DNA of 64,000 nt. It comes from Camelus ferus (Eukaryota). Numbering within the stretch: the first letter of the stretch is position 1; the number at the start of each line of letters is the position of its first letter. Both the position numbers and the translations under genes were made by a program. This document shows, piece by piece, positions 53,714-64,000 of this stretch. The stretch is from NCBI RefSeq assembly GCF_009834535.1, contig NC_045704.1, positions 11,780,001 to 11,844,000 on the forward strand. The letters run 5' to 3'. The notes under the pieces are model-generated. The model saw only the letters and a program-made list of their open reading frames with translations, ran no database searches and was not told the DNA's origin.

Positions 53714-56700
53714 GACATTGCCAGATACCTCCTAGGGGGCAAAATCACCACCAGCCCCGCCTTGCCCCGCCTGTCTCCCCACCAGCCCTGTGACAGCCAC
53801 TGTCCGAGGTTAAGGGGAATGACCCCAGTCTGGGGTTGAAGAGGGAGCTGTCCAAGGTGCCCCTCAAAACTTCAGGGCAGAACCCGGGGCTCTAGAGCTC
53901 AGCCTAGGGCCCTGGGGTGGGGTGTCGACCTCACAGAGGCAGGTAGGATCTTAATCATATGTCCCAACAGACAGAAAAACAGCCAAGACAGACAGACACA
54001 CACTCCTTGCCAGGGAACCTCTCCAACACTCAAAGTGGGCCCCTGCCCCTCCAGTGGCCCCCCACTGCCTTCAGGATGAAGTCCCAGCCCCTCGGCCTGG
54101 CATCACTTTCCTGCCTCCCCTCCCCTGATGCACATGTGGCGGAGAGGAGAGGCGGCCTGTATGAGCCCATATGCGCTGCCACTCTGCTCCCAGGGCACCG
54201 TGGATCGGAGTCGTCTGCCTCCCCCACCTGCTCCTCCAGGGCAGGGCCAGGCTCAGACCATCTGTGTCCCCAGCACACCCAGCTGGGCCCTGGCTGAGAG
54301 CAGTCTCAGGAGATGAGTGATGAAGTTATCTCAAGTGGGTCTTTGATTCCTGGTCTCTGTGTCTATAAATTTGGATGTCATGGGCCTGCATGTCTCTCGC
54401 ACAGTTACTACACATCAAGATCAGGAGGACTGTCTGTGCTGTGTGACCCTGGGTAAGTCCCTTCCCCTCTCTGGGCTTCAGTAAATGGAGCAGGGGTCAG
54501 GTTAGCCATTACATCACCCTCTCTGCCCCTGGGCCCGGCCCCTCCCTCTGTCTCAGTCCCAATTACCAAGGGTTGTGTCCAGGTTGGCTTCCCTCACCAG
54601 ATGGGATCCTCTCAGGGTGGGGCTTGGGTGTGACCCACGTCTGGGTCCCAGCATCACTGGGCTCAAGGCTTGGCCCACAGGTGGCCTCAAGAGGTGTTTA
54701 ATGTATAAATAAACAAGCTAGTGCACATGAAGTGCATTCTGTAGGAATTCTGCTTGGAAAACTCAGGCTCCCTATAACCTCCATCCCTGGTCTGTGTTCC
54801 CACAATGCCTGAACTACCTCCATTAGAGCTCTGATCACACTGTGTTGACTGTCTGTGTCTGTCTAGAAGTCTGACTAGAAGTTTCTTGAGGGCAGAGCCT
54901 AGCTCTGACTCAGGTCTGTGTCTCCAGCATCTCCAACCACAGGGCCTGGCCCAGAAGGCCTTGGGAAATATTCCTTGAATGGATGTAAATGGGTGCCTAC
55001 AACATGCTTCTGCAACTCTTGAGCTCCTACTCATTCTTCAAAACCTCAAATCAAATGCCCCCTCCTCCAGGAGTACTCTTCAAGACAGAGTCTCCACTTT
55101 CTCTACTAGGTACCCTCTGACTCAGCTGGGACAGTGTCCAGGGTGTCTCCTCTACCTGATCAGGAGCTCCCCGAGGGCCTGGAATCTTGGCTGTGTCCCC
55201 CAAAGCTGGGCTTAGCTCTGAGCAGGGAACTGTTTGTAGAAGTAATTGATGGTCTCTAGAGACTGGGTGAGAAAGCCCCAAGAAGCCTAGGCTGAGAGAT
55301 CAAACGTCTGCCCCACCCTTTCCCAGCAGGGTGATCTCCAGCCAGTCTGAGCCTCAGTTTCCCCAACTGTATTGCAGAAAGGAGAAAAGTAATAGCTCTT
55401 CCCTCTGAGGGTCTTTGTCAGGGATTCCAGGAGAACATGCAAACAAAACATTTAGCTCAGCGCTTAGCATGCAGAAAGGGTCCAGTAAATGCTAGCTGAT
55501 CCTAACAGCACCTTCTTTTTAAGTAAACAGCTATTGTTATCCCTGGTTCGGTGTTGGTCCCCAGGGGCTGGGGGGAGGGGGAGAGCAAGGCAGGTCCGGG
55601 TTGTGGGTTGCTCTCTGCCCAGCACCCACCCCTGAGTCGCCGACTCTCGTACAGATGCCCCGTCAGCATCTGCTGTGCCCACCGCCAAGCCAGCAGAAGC
55701 AGGCTGTGAAAAGAATGACCCGGGGAGCCGGGCTGCCTGGGTTCAAACCCCAGCTGGGCTGCCGAGTTGCACAAGTTACTCCCCCTCACTGGGACTCAGT
55801 TTCCCCACCTGTAAACCAGGGACAGTCATCGTGGAGGATGAAAAGTCACCCAAGCAATGGGTTCAAACAGCTCTGTGTGTTGTCTGATTGGCCAGTTATG
55901 TGGCAGGTGGCAGGCTGTGGGCAGGGGTGGGGGGGAGATCCAGTGGTGACTGGAGGGACCACCTGGGTCTCTGCCAGTCCAGACTGGCAGCCCTCACACC
56001 TGTTTGATAAACCAAGGACTGAAGGTCGCAGTGGGTGAGTTCCCTTCTCTTGAGAGGAGGGGATTTCTAGCCACCTGAGTGACCCTGAGTCGTAGACAAG
56101 GATGCCCCTCAAAGGAACTCAGGCGAAGCTGGGACCCTCCAATGGGGTGGGGAGTGCTTGGATTCCACCACCCTAGAACCCACAGATGGAGAATGTATCT
56201 GAGCCACTGGCGGGCGCTCAGGGAGCTGGGGGTGGAAGTGTCACTGGATGGAGGGGGGTGGGGGGTGCGTGTGGCTCTGGCTTAGAAGGGATGTGAGAAG
56301 GGGCCGGGCCTGGTCTAACTCCCACTGAGGAACCCCCAGACCCCTCTTCCTCTTTGCTGACCTCGGAAGTCCTTCTTATCCCAGATGCCCAGAATCAGGA
56401 TGCTAAGCCTAGAATCCTGGAACTTTCCACACGCTGGCCATTCCTTCCTGCTGGTTCCCACCTCAGGGCCTTTGCCTCTGCTGTTCCCTTGGGATCTTTC
56501 CAGGGCCGATGTCTCCCCTCTCGGTCTGACCTCCACTCAGCTGTTCAGACACCACCTGCGCTCACAAGGCCAACTCGTCTGCCGAGTCATTCTCACGTTC
56601 TCGGCGTTACGTATCTTCTCTGAAATTACCTGTTTACCTACTTGCTTGTTGTTAGGTTTTGTTCTAGTTTTATCTCTCTCCATCCCACTAGGACGTAAAC

Positions 56701-58839
56701 TCCGTGAGAGCAGGGACTTCATCTGGCTCCCTCGCTGCTGTGTTTATAGATCCCCAGTGCCTGGAACAGCGACTGTGTGCTCAGTAAATACGTGTTAAAT
56801 GAGCCCACAGTGAGGCAGAGTCCTCAGTCCAGGCAAATTCGGGTGCCTGGCGGGGGCAGCAGGTCCCCATGCCCAGTTCACTCTGCCCCAACTCCGTCTA
56901 ACACGACAGAGGAACTGCCCCCAAATCCCCTGCTGCAGCGACTTTTGTAAGTGGATATATATAGGTGTGTGTGTGTGTATGTGCGTGGGCATAAAGAATT
57001 TAGTAAAAAAAAAAAGTAAAGCTAGAACAATCTCTACAGATGCCAGGGAGGTAGAGTTTAAGTGGGAAAAAAGCCAGCTGCAGGGAAATGGCTTTATTTT
57101 GTTTCTATCTTGGGAAATACACCAACAACCCCCCTCACAGATGTTGAACTCTGCGCGTCTGACTGTGTAAGTGAGAGAAGGCTGGGGAGGCCGTGCTCCC
57201 GGCTGTGAACCCCTCGCTCTCTCTCTTGTGACAGTGGGTTTGGGGAGGGTGGGGGTGGGACGCGGTGGGGTTTGCTCTCGCGCAGACCTGACGTGGCTGG
57301 TTCACCTGTACGCATCCCCCCCTAATGTGGAACACGTCAAATGAATCAACGGGAAGAGAGGCAATCTGGTACCTCCTCCACGGGCTTTTTCTCAGGCAGC
57401 CCTAACAGTCAGGGGGTGGTGGGAGGGTGCGGTTATCTTTCTGCCATCCTAATCCTGTCTTTGTTCACCCCTGTCCCATCCCTCTTGCGTGTAGTTCTCA
57501 GATGGGGGACAAAAGGTCCAGAGGTGGGAAAGGACTTGACCTAGGTCACAGACCACCTCCTGGCTCCCCTAAGAGACACGTGGTGTGACAAGGAGGAACA
57601 CTTCCAGAGTCAGGGAGGGAGGGACAGATATGAAATTGTGCTGAGCCCAGCAGGGAGGGACAGGCAGGGACCAAAGACAGAGACAAATAGGATGTCACCC
57701 AGGGCTAGGGAACTCCAGAAATGGCTGAGACTTGAGAAAGACTTAAAGAGGCAAGTGATAGAGAGACACAGACAGGTTGGTAGAAAGTCAGACAGTGATT
57801 CAGACAGGTCAGGTGGGAGGGTTCCTCAGACCTCTGCACCAGTGAGGTAGGGACCCTCCAGCCCTCTGTGGCCCAGCCCAGCATCCTACCTACACTGGGC
57901 TGAGTGTGTGCGACTGTGGGCGGCTGCAGGTGTGGCTGGCTCCAGGTTGGACTTGGTGATGGGTGTTTATATGACTATGCCTGACTGCTGTGTGTGGGCG
58001 GGAAGCTGAGAGCAGCTGTCTGGCTGAGACTGTCTCTGATGGTGTGTCCCTGACTCTGTGATCTTGTGTTAGGGCAGGGCCTGGGGGGATCCTCCAGAAG
58101 CCTTGAATTAGCTCTGTTCCCTGCCTCCTGCCTTCTTGCTCTCCCCTCCCCTCCTTAAGGAGCATCTCCTGGACCCCAGGATGCCAGCCTGATGGGGAGA
58201 TCCGAGATCCAGTTCTACATCCTATTAACAGAGACTGCCAGGTTCACCACCTGAGCCCCCCACTTTCCCTTCTCCTCTTCCTGCTCTGTGGAGACCAACT
58301 CCCAGGCCCCCTTCCCCACAGGGAGGGCTGAGATTAACCCTCTGACCCCATGTTAACCCTTTCCTTCCCTCCCTTCTCAATCAGCCCCCGTCTCTCACCC
58401 TCCATCCTACCCCAAACCAAATATTCAGCCAGAGCGTTCCATGTCTGAGTTCCCAGCCCAGCACCCCAACTTCTTGCCTTCTTTCATTCTCCCACACATA
58501 ACGGCAACACTCCAAATACTAACACTTTCTTCCAACCTAGACGACCCAGCTGGGGATTTCAGCCCCTTACCAGGTGGGAAACCAGACCCCACCCCCTTCT
58601 TTTCCTGGCCCTGGGACGGAGGTCCACAGACACCTCTGCCCTCTCCTCTTACTGATCCTGGGAAGATACCATCCCCCCACCTCTGCTCAGAAACACCTAC
58701 CCCAGCCCTCAGGCCAGGACCCCCAAGGGGACCCTCTCCTCGTAGAGATGAAGACCCCGGACGGGGCAGCTCCCCTATCTCCCCCCAACTCAGTTCAGAG
58801 ATCCTGCTCAGAGACCCTTACTTTCGTGTCTGATCTCCC

Positions 58840-59600
58840 TCCCCGACCCGGAGCCGCAGCCTCCCGCCCCCAGGCCGGGACCAGGGGTCCACGACCCTCT
58901 CTCTCCTGCCCGGAGAAGCAGACCTCCGCCCCTAGGCCCAGGCTCAGGCCCCAGGACGGGGACCCCCGCCCCCGGGCATGGATCCAGATGTCCGAGTTCC
59001 CCCTTCCCAGGTGGGGGATGCGGCCCCCGCCCCCGGGCCCAGACCTCGGCGACCGGGGGCCTCCCCTTCTCCGCCCTGAGATGCAGCCCCCCTCACCGCC
59101 CCCAATCCCCGCCCGGGACCCTGGAGTCCANNNNNNNNNNNNNNNNNNNNNNNNNNNNNNNNNNNNNNNNNNNNNNNNNNNNNNNNNNNNNNNNNNNNNN
59201 NNNNNNNNNNNNNNNNNNNNNNNNNNNNNNNNNNNNNNNNNNNNNNNNNNNNNNNNNNNNNNNNNNNNNNNNNNNNNNNNNNNNNNNNNNNNNNNNNNNN
59301 NNNNNNNNNNNNNNNNNNNNNNNNNNNNNNNNNNNNNNNNNNNNNNNNNNNNNNNNNNNNNNNNNNNNNNNNNNNNNNNNNNNNNNNNNNNNNNNNNNNN
59401 NNNNNNNNNNNNNNNNNNNNNACCCGGGGAGGGGGCGGCGCTGACGGGCAGGAAGGCCGACCAATCAGGGGAGGCGGGGGGCCGGGGAGGCGGGGCCGAG
59501 GGGGGGTTGCTTGTTGGAGGGAGAGGCCTTTGTTACTGCGGCCCGGCCCCTACCTCCTCCCATCCCGGGCGTCCCCACGGCTTCCCACCTCGGATCCCTA
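58840..59600 (-). promoter_or_regulatory. IGLON5 CpG-island promoter and exon 1 region (partly N gap)
   Basis: GC/CpG-rich flanks on both sides of gap 59131-59421; CCAATCAG at 59461 and GC boxes on the upstream side. Confidence 0.65.
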
Positions 59601-60849
59601 GGAACCCTGGGCCTGGGACACTTCCCGGAGCCCACCTCCCTCCTGCTTCAGGTCCCGATCTCATCCTCCCTCAGACATAGAAATCTCACCCCCCAGGCCC
59701 CTTCTCCCCCAGCCCCCTACTCTCTCCGACCCAAGAGTCCAGGCCGCCAGCTCCTTCCTCCTCAGACCCTGGAGTCTGGTCCCTCAGTCCCCATCTCCCC
59801 CAGACCCAGAAGTCACAGCATCCAGTCCCTTCTTCCTGTGGGACATCGTTCAGCTCCTCCATCTACTTTCATAAATTAGACTGACTTCTGGGGTGAAATT
59901 TACTTCTTCCCTCCACCCCAACCCTCATGCTCAGGGTAACAGGAGAATGGGGAGAGATGGGGGACCTGACCTTGGGAGATGGCAATCCAGGGTTTAGGTA
60001 CAAAAAGTCCCCACTCCTCATTCTTTCCCTTACTTGCCTGCGTGACCTTGGACCAGTCAAGATGGAAGATGGAATAGTCTCTATTTCTCAAGGTTATTGA
60101 GAAGAAGAAGAGCACTCCTGGGGAGCTGCTGGCTCTGCCCAGCACCCCAGCCACCTGCAGTTAGGTCTTTCCTCGCAGCCCCACTATGCACCCATTTAAT
60201 AGGTATAGTCCTCTCTCCTGGCTCACCAGGTGAGGCATCCCTGCCCTACGTCCCCTGATACAGGTTTTAGGCAAGAAGAGGACAATCCCTGAGCCCACTC
60301 CATGTTGGGGGCAGTTGGAGGCAGGAATTTTTGAAGTCATCTCTTGGGGCTGTTTTAACTCCAACTCAAATCCTCAATTCCTTCCCAATCCCCCCCACAG
60401 CCAATCTGTGTGCAAGAGCAGCTGACTCTGCCTCCAAAACAGATCTCTACTCTGTCCTCTTCTTCCCACTCCACCCTGCTCTGAGCTGTCACTGTCTCCC
60501 CTGAATGACTGCTCTGACTATAAAAGCCAAGGCTCTGGTCTCCCGGCCTCCACCTTGGTCTCCACTTTCAGATTAACCGGCCCCAAGCAAGTAAGCCAGC
60601 TGATGCCACTGCCCAGCCTCACTCGTTCACTTAGCTCCAGCTGCTCTGGCCTTCTGTCTGCTCCTCAAACAAGCCAAACTTGTTCCAGCCCCAGGGCCTT
60701 TGCACTTGCTGTTCCCTCTGCTGGAATGCTCTTCTCACCAGATTGGCACAGAGTTTCTTATCATTCAGGTTTCATCTTTGAGAAGCCTTTGTTTATTGTA
60801 CTATCCAAAGTAACACCCCCTCCCAGAAGGAGGAGGGGCAAGATGGAGG

Positions 60850-61806
60850 TGGAGGATTAAGAAGTACAAATTATCAGATATAAAATAAGCTACAAGGATG
60901 TATTGTACAACATGGGGAATATAGCCAATATATTATAACTATACCCTAACCTTTAAAAATCGTGGATCACTATATTATATACCTGTAACATATAATATTG
61001 TACATGAATTATACTTCAGTTTAAAAAAATATGACATTGTAAAATAAAGTTAAAAAAAAAGTAACCCCCACTCCTAATGCCTACCTCTGTTTTGTTTTCT
61101 CCATAGCCTTTACCATTCCCTTATTTTCTGTGTTCACTTGTTTATTTCCTGCCACCTCCCTTTCCCTTCATTCACTACTTCCAGAATGTGCACTTTGCTA
61201 GGGCAGGGTTTTGTGTTTTTGTTTGTCTGTTTGTTTAATTGAGATAGAGTTGATTTACAATACTATATTAGTTTAAGTTATACAACATAGTGAGTCAGAA
61301 TTTTATTTATACTTCATTTAAAGTTATAAAACATTGGCTATATTTCCTGTGCTGTATGATGTATCCTTGTAGCTTATTTACTTTATACACAGTGGCTTGT
61401 ACCTCTCAGTCCTCTATCTCTATCCTGCCCTCCCCCTTCCCTCTCCCCACTGGTAACCACTAGTTTGTTTTCTGTGTCTGTGAGTCTGTTTCTGTTTTAT
61501 TATATTCNNNNNNNNNNNNNNNNNNNNNNNNNNNNNNNNNNNNNNNNNNNNNNNNNNNNNNNNNNNNNNNNNNNNNNNNNNNNNNNNNNNNNNNNNNNNN
61601 NNNNNNNNNNNNNNNNNNNNNNNNNNNNNNNNNNNNNNNNNNNNNNNNNNNNNNNNNNNNNNNNNNNNNNNNNNNNNNNNNNNNNNNNNNNNNNNNNNNN
61701 NNNNNNNNNNNNNNNNNNNNNNNNNNNNNNNNNNNNNNNNNNNNNNNNAAAATAATGCTGCTATGAATTTTGAGATGCATGTATCTTTTTGAATTAGTAG
61801 GGTATT
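60850..61806. mobile_element. Two oppositely oriented LINE-1 3' fragments (~60850-61030 plus; ~61240-61806 minus, with N gap)
   Basis: ATAAAATAAGCTACAAGGATGTATTGTACAACATGGGGAATATAGCCAAT on plus; TTGGCTATATTTCCTGTGCTGTA...TCCTTGTAGCTTATTT on minus. Confidence 0.75.
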
Positions 61807-62014
61807 NNNNNNNNNNNNNNNNNNNNNNNNNNNNNNNNNNNNNNNNNNNNNNNNNNNNNNNNNNNNNNNNNNNNNNNNNNNNNNNNNNNNNNNNNNNNNN
61901 NNNNNNNNNNNNNNNNNNNNNNNNNNNNNNNNNNNNNNNNNNNNNNNNNNNNNNNNNNNNNNNNNNNNNNNNNNNNNNNNNNNNNNNNNNNNNGATAGCT
62001 TCCACTAAACTAGG

Positions 62015-62210
62015 CTGTCTCACTCTTGGCATCACTGACATTGGGTTGGGCTGAGTGATTCTTAGTAGGGGCTGCCCTGTGTGTTCAAGGCTGCTGAGCA
62101 TTGTCCTGGGACTCCAGCCACTAGGTGTCAGTAGAGCTCCCCCACCCCCAGTCATGACACCCCAGGGTGTCCCAGGGAGGGGCAGCCTTGCTCCTGGTTG
62201 AGACCCCACC
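62015..62210. mobile_element. MER20-like hAT-Charlie remnant
   Basis: CTTGGCATCACTGACATTGGG...GGGCTGCCCTGTGTGTT.AAGG...CCACTAGGTGTCAGTAG...CCCCAGTCATGACA. Confidence 0.7.
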
Positions 62211-62371
62211 ACCAGGCACCACCAGCAGTGTTTGTCTCTGGGGAGGGGCACTGAGGTCTAAGTCTTGCTTTTCTATCTTATCTTTTTTTCATAACTTGTT
62301 TATGCAAGACCTCTTTGAAAATGAGCAAACTGTTAAAACTAAGTGTTGGGAGTTAAAATAAGAATAGGAGG

Positions 62372-62498
62372 AGGGAGGATATAGCTCAGTGGTAGAGTGC
62401 ATGCTTAGCATGCTCTGGGCCCTGGGTTCAATCCCCAGCATCTCTGTTAAAAAATAAAAATAAACGCACTTACTTCCACCTCCCCTGACCCCCCGAAA
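62372..62498 (+). mobile_element. Vic-1-like SINE
   Basis: tRNA-Ala-like head; 12-bp TSD AAGAATAGGAGG at 62360-62371 and 62499-62510. Confidence 0.88.
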
Positions 62499-63650
62499 AA
62501 GAATAGGAGGTGTTGGAAGGGCCAGATGTTAGGGTGAGCTGGGAGAAGCCTGGACCAGCTCCTTGGGGCAGCAAAAACAGACCCCTCCTCCAGTCTGTGC
62601 TCCCCTGTTTCCAAGATGGGGAGAAGCACTCCTTATGGGTCCAGCTCCCAGGCAGACAGGGGCACTGGGATGGACCTGGCTTTGCCCCTTTGGTTGTGAG
62701 CCTCTGGAAAGGACCGCCCCCTTTCTAAATGTTGGCATCCTTGCAGGGAAAGGTGGGGGACTATCTCCCATCTCATAAAGTTCAGATGTGACCCTACACA
62801 GGCTTCTGAACCTCTCTGGGCCTCAGTTTCCTCCTCTGGAAAAGGGGCACACTGTCCTAACAGGGACACTGGGTTAAGTGGATGAAGGCTGAGGGCTTGG
62901 AATGCACTCAATCCTGGCCAGTGCCCTTATCACAGTTGTTGCCATCAGCCCGGTTTGTACAAATCTGTCTCCCCGTGATCGTGATCTCCTCCTTGGCTGG
63001 AGAGACGAAATTGCAAGGTTCACTCAGCTACACTCCTGACGGTTGACCAGATAATCAGAGGATCAGGGGTTTGTTCTGGGGACTCAGACCCTCTCTTTGG
63101 TGCAGATGGGGCACCCCAAGGGGTGACTCCGGTCTCCATGGGAACAAGAGCATCCTACTCTGAGGGATAATAAGTCTCGGTGGTTTAGGCAGTTTAGTGC
63201 CCATCTCGGAGACCCGGCGGTTCCCTGCCCCCACCGCATACCCCTGGATTGATCTGTGTCCCAGTCTGGACAGGGAGAGGCCTGTCTCACGCCCAGGTCC
63301 CTGCGGTGCTCAGCATAGAGTGTGGCACCTGGAGGACCTGGGGGAAACATGTGTTAGATGAGCAACTGGAGGAAGGAACAAGAAACAGCGAGAGACAGAA
63401 AGCAGGGAACAGGGAGAGAGGGAAGGAGATGGATGGCGACTGAGGTGTCGAATGACCCGGAGGTGGAGGCAGGGACGTAAACCAGAGAGGGAAAGAAGGA
63501 TGACGGGGAGATGCACAGAGGGAGAGAAAAAGCAGAGTAGTGGGAAGAGAGACAGGCAGCCTGGGGCAGGACGCACAGGGGCAGGGAGGGGTCCCAGCAT
63601 CACCCAGCACCCTCGGCCCCCGAAGACCCTGGGACAGGTTTCTCTGAATT

Positions 63651-63700
63651 GATGGATGGATGGATGGATGGATGGATGGGTGGATGGATGGATGGATGGG
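63651..63700 (+). repeat. (GATG)n microsatellite
   Basis: About 12 GATG units with one GGTG interruption. Confidence 0.95.
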
Positions 63701-64000
63701 AGTGTGTGATTCTCTTTGCATGGAAGTCCTACTTCCTCCTGTCTGCCTGGGGAACTATTACACTCCCTACCGGACTCAGCTCAGGTGGAGTCCGAAGACT
63801 CCTGGGAGAGGAGCCTCCCTGGGTGGGGCTTCGGCAGTGCCCCGTGCCTCCTCCATCACCAAATGTCCTGTTCTGGTTTGGGCGGTCTGCTGCCCCTAGC
63901 AGTTTGCGGCTGACTCACCTGCGTCTCCTGCACTCCCAGCTGGCCTTAGTGTGCAGTGAAGGGCTCACTCGGAGGGTCTGGGTTTCCAAACCCTGCCCAT

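Noticed and set aside
58574-59680. 368-aa ORF and other long ORFs spanning N runs (for example 61460-62251, 52451-52936)
   Set aside because: Their length comes from Ns translated as X plus GC-rich low-complexity sequence.
59900-64000. Additional gene upstream of IGLON5
   Set aside because: Only repeats, a microsatellite and short unrecognisable ORFs are present. One strong minus-strand donor near 63911-63919 is not enough to call an exon.

Overview
Mammalian genomic DNA, most likely a camelid (alpaca, llama or camel). The evidence is ten copies of a tRNA-Ala(AGC)-derived SINE matching the camelid Vic-1 family. The window is the inverted ortholog of human chr19q13.41. Gene order on the + strand is C19orf84 (CDS 2997-4314), LIM2 (visible CDS 5989-9640, ATG in an N gap), NKG7 (14314-15079), CLDND2 (17156-18584, disrupted), ETFB (19349-30364) and VSIG10L (33803-41420). 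IGLON5 lies on the - strand (visible CDS 45217-50982, exon 1 predicted in the N gap 59131-59421). I traced the visible exons by hand with GT-AG boundaries and continuous frames; gene and repeat names rest on recalled sequences, not database searches. The strongest unusual observation is that CLDND2 exon 1 carries a +1 frameshift, an 18-nt tandem duplication and a nonsense codon, while exons 2-4 stay open behind an in-frame ATG. Other observations: an exactly 31-bp-periodic CCAAT/AP-1 minisatellite in ETFB intron 5; a possible decayed claudin-family exon between LIM2 and NKG7; homotypic CCAAT and GC-box clusters inside VSIG10L; UG-rich tracts in IGLON5 intron 1; a candidate upstream promoter and non-coding exon for C19orf84; and widespread MSR1-like 37-bp repeats. 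I found no prokaryotic-type system such as CRISPR, and no convincing wholly new protein-coding gene.
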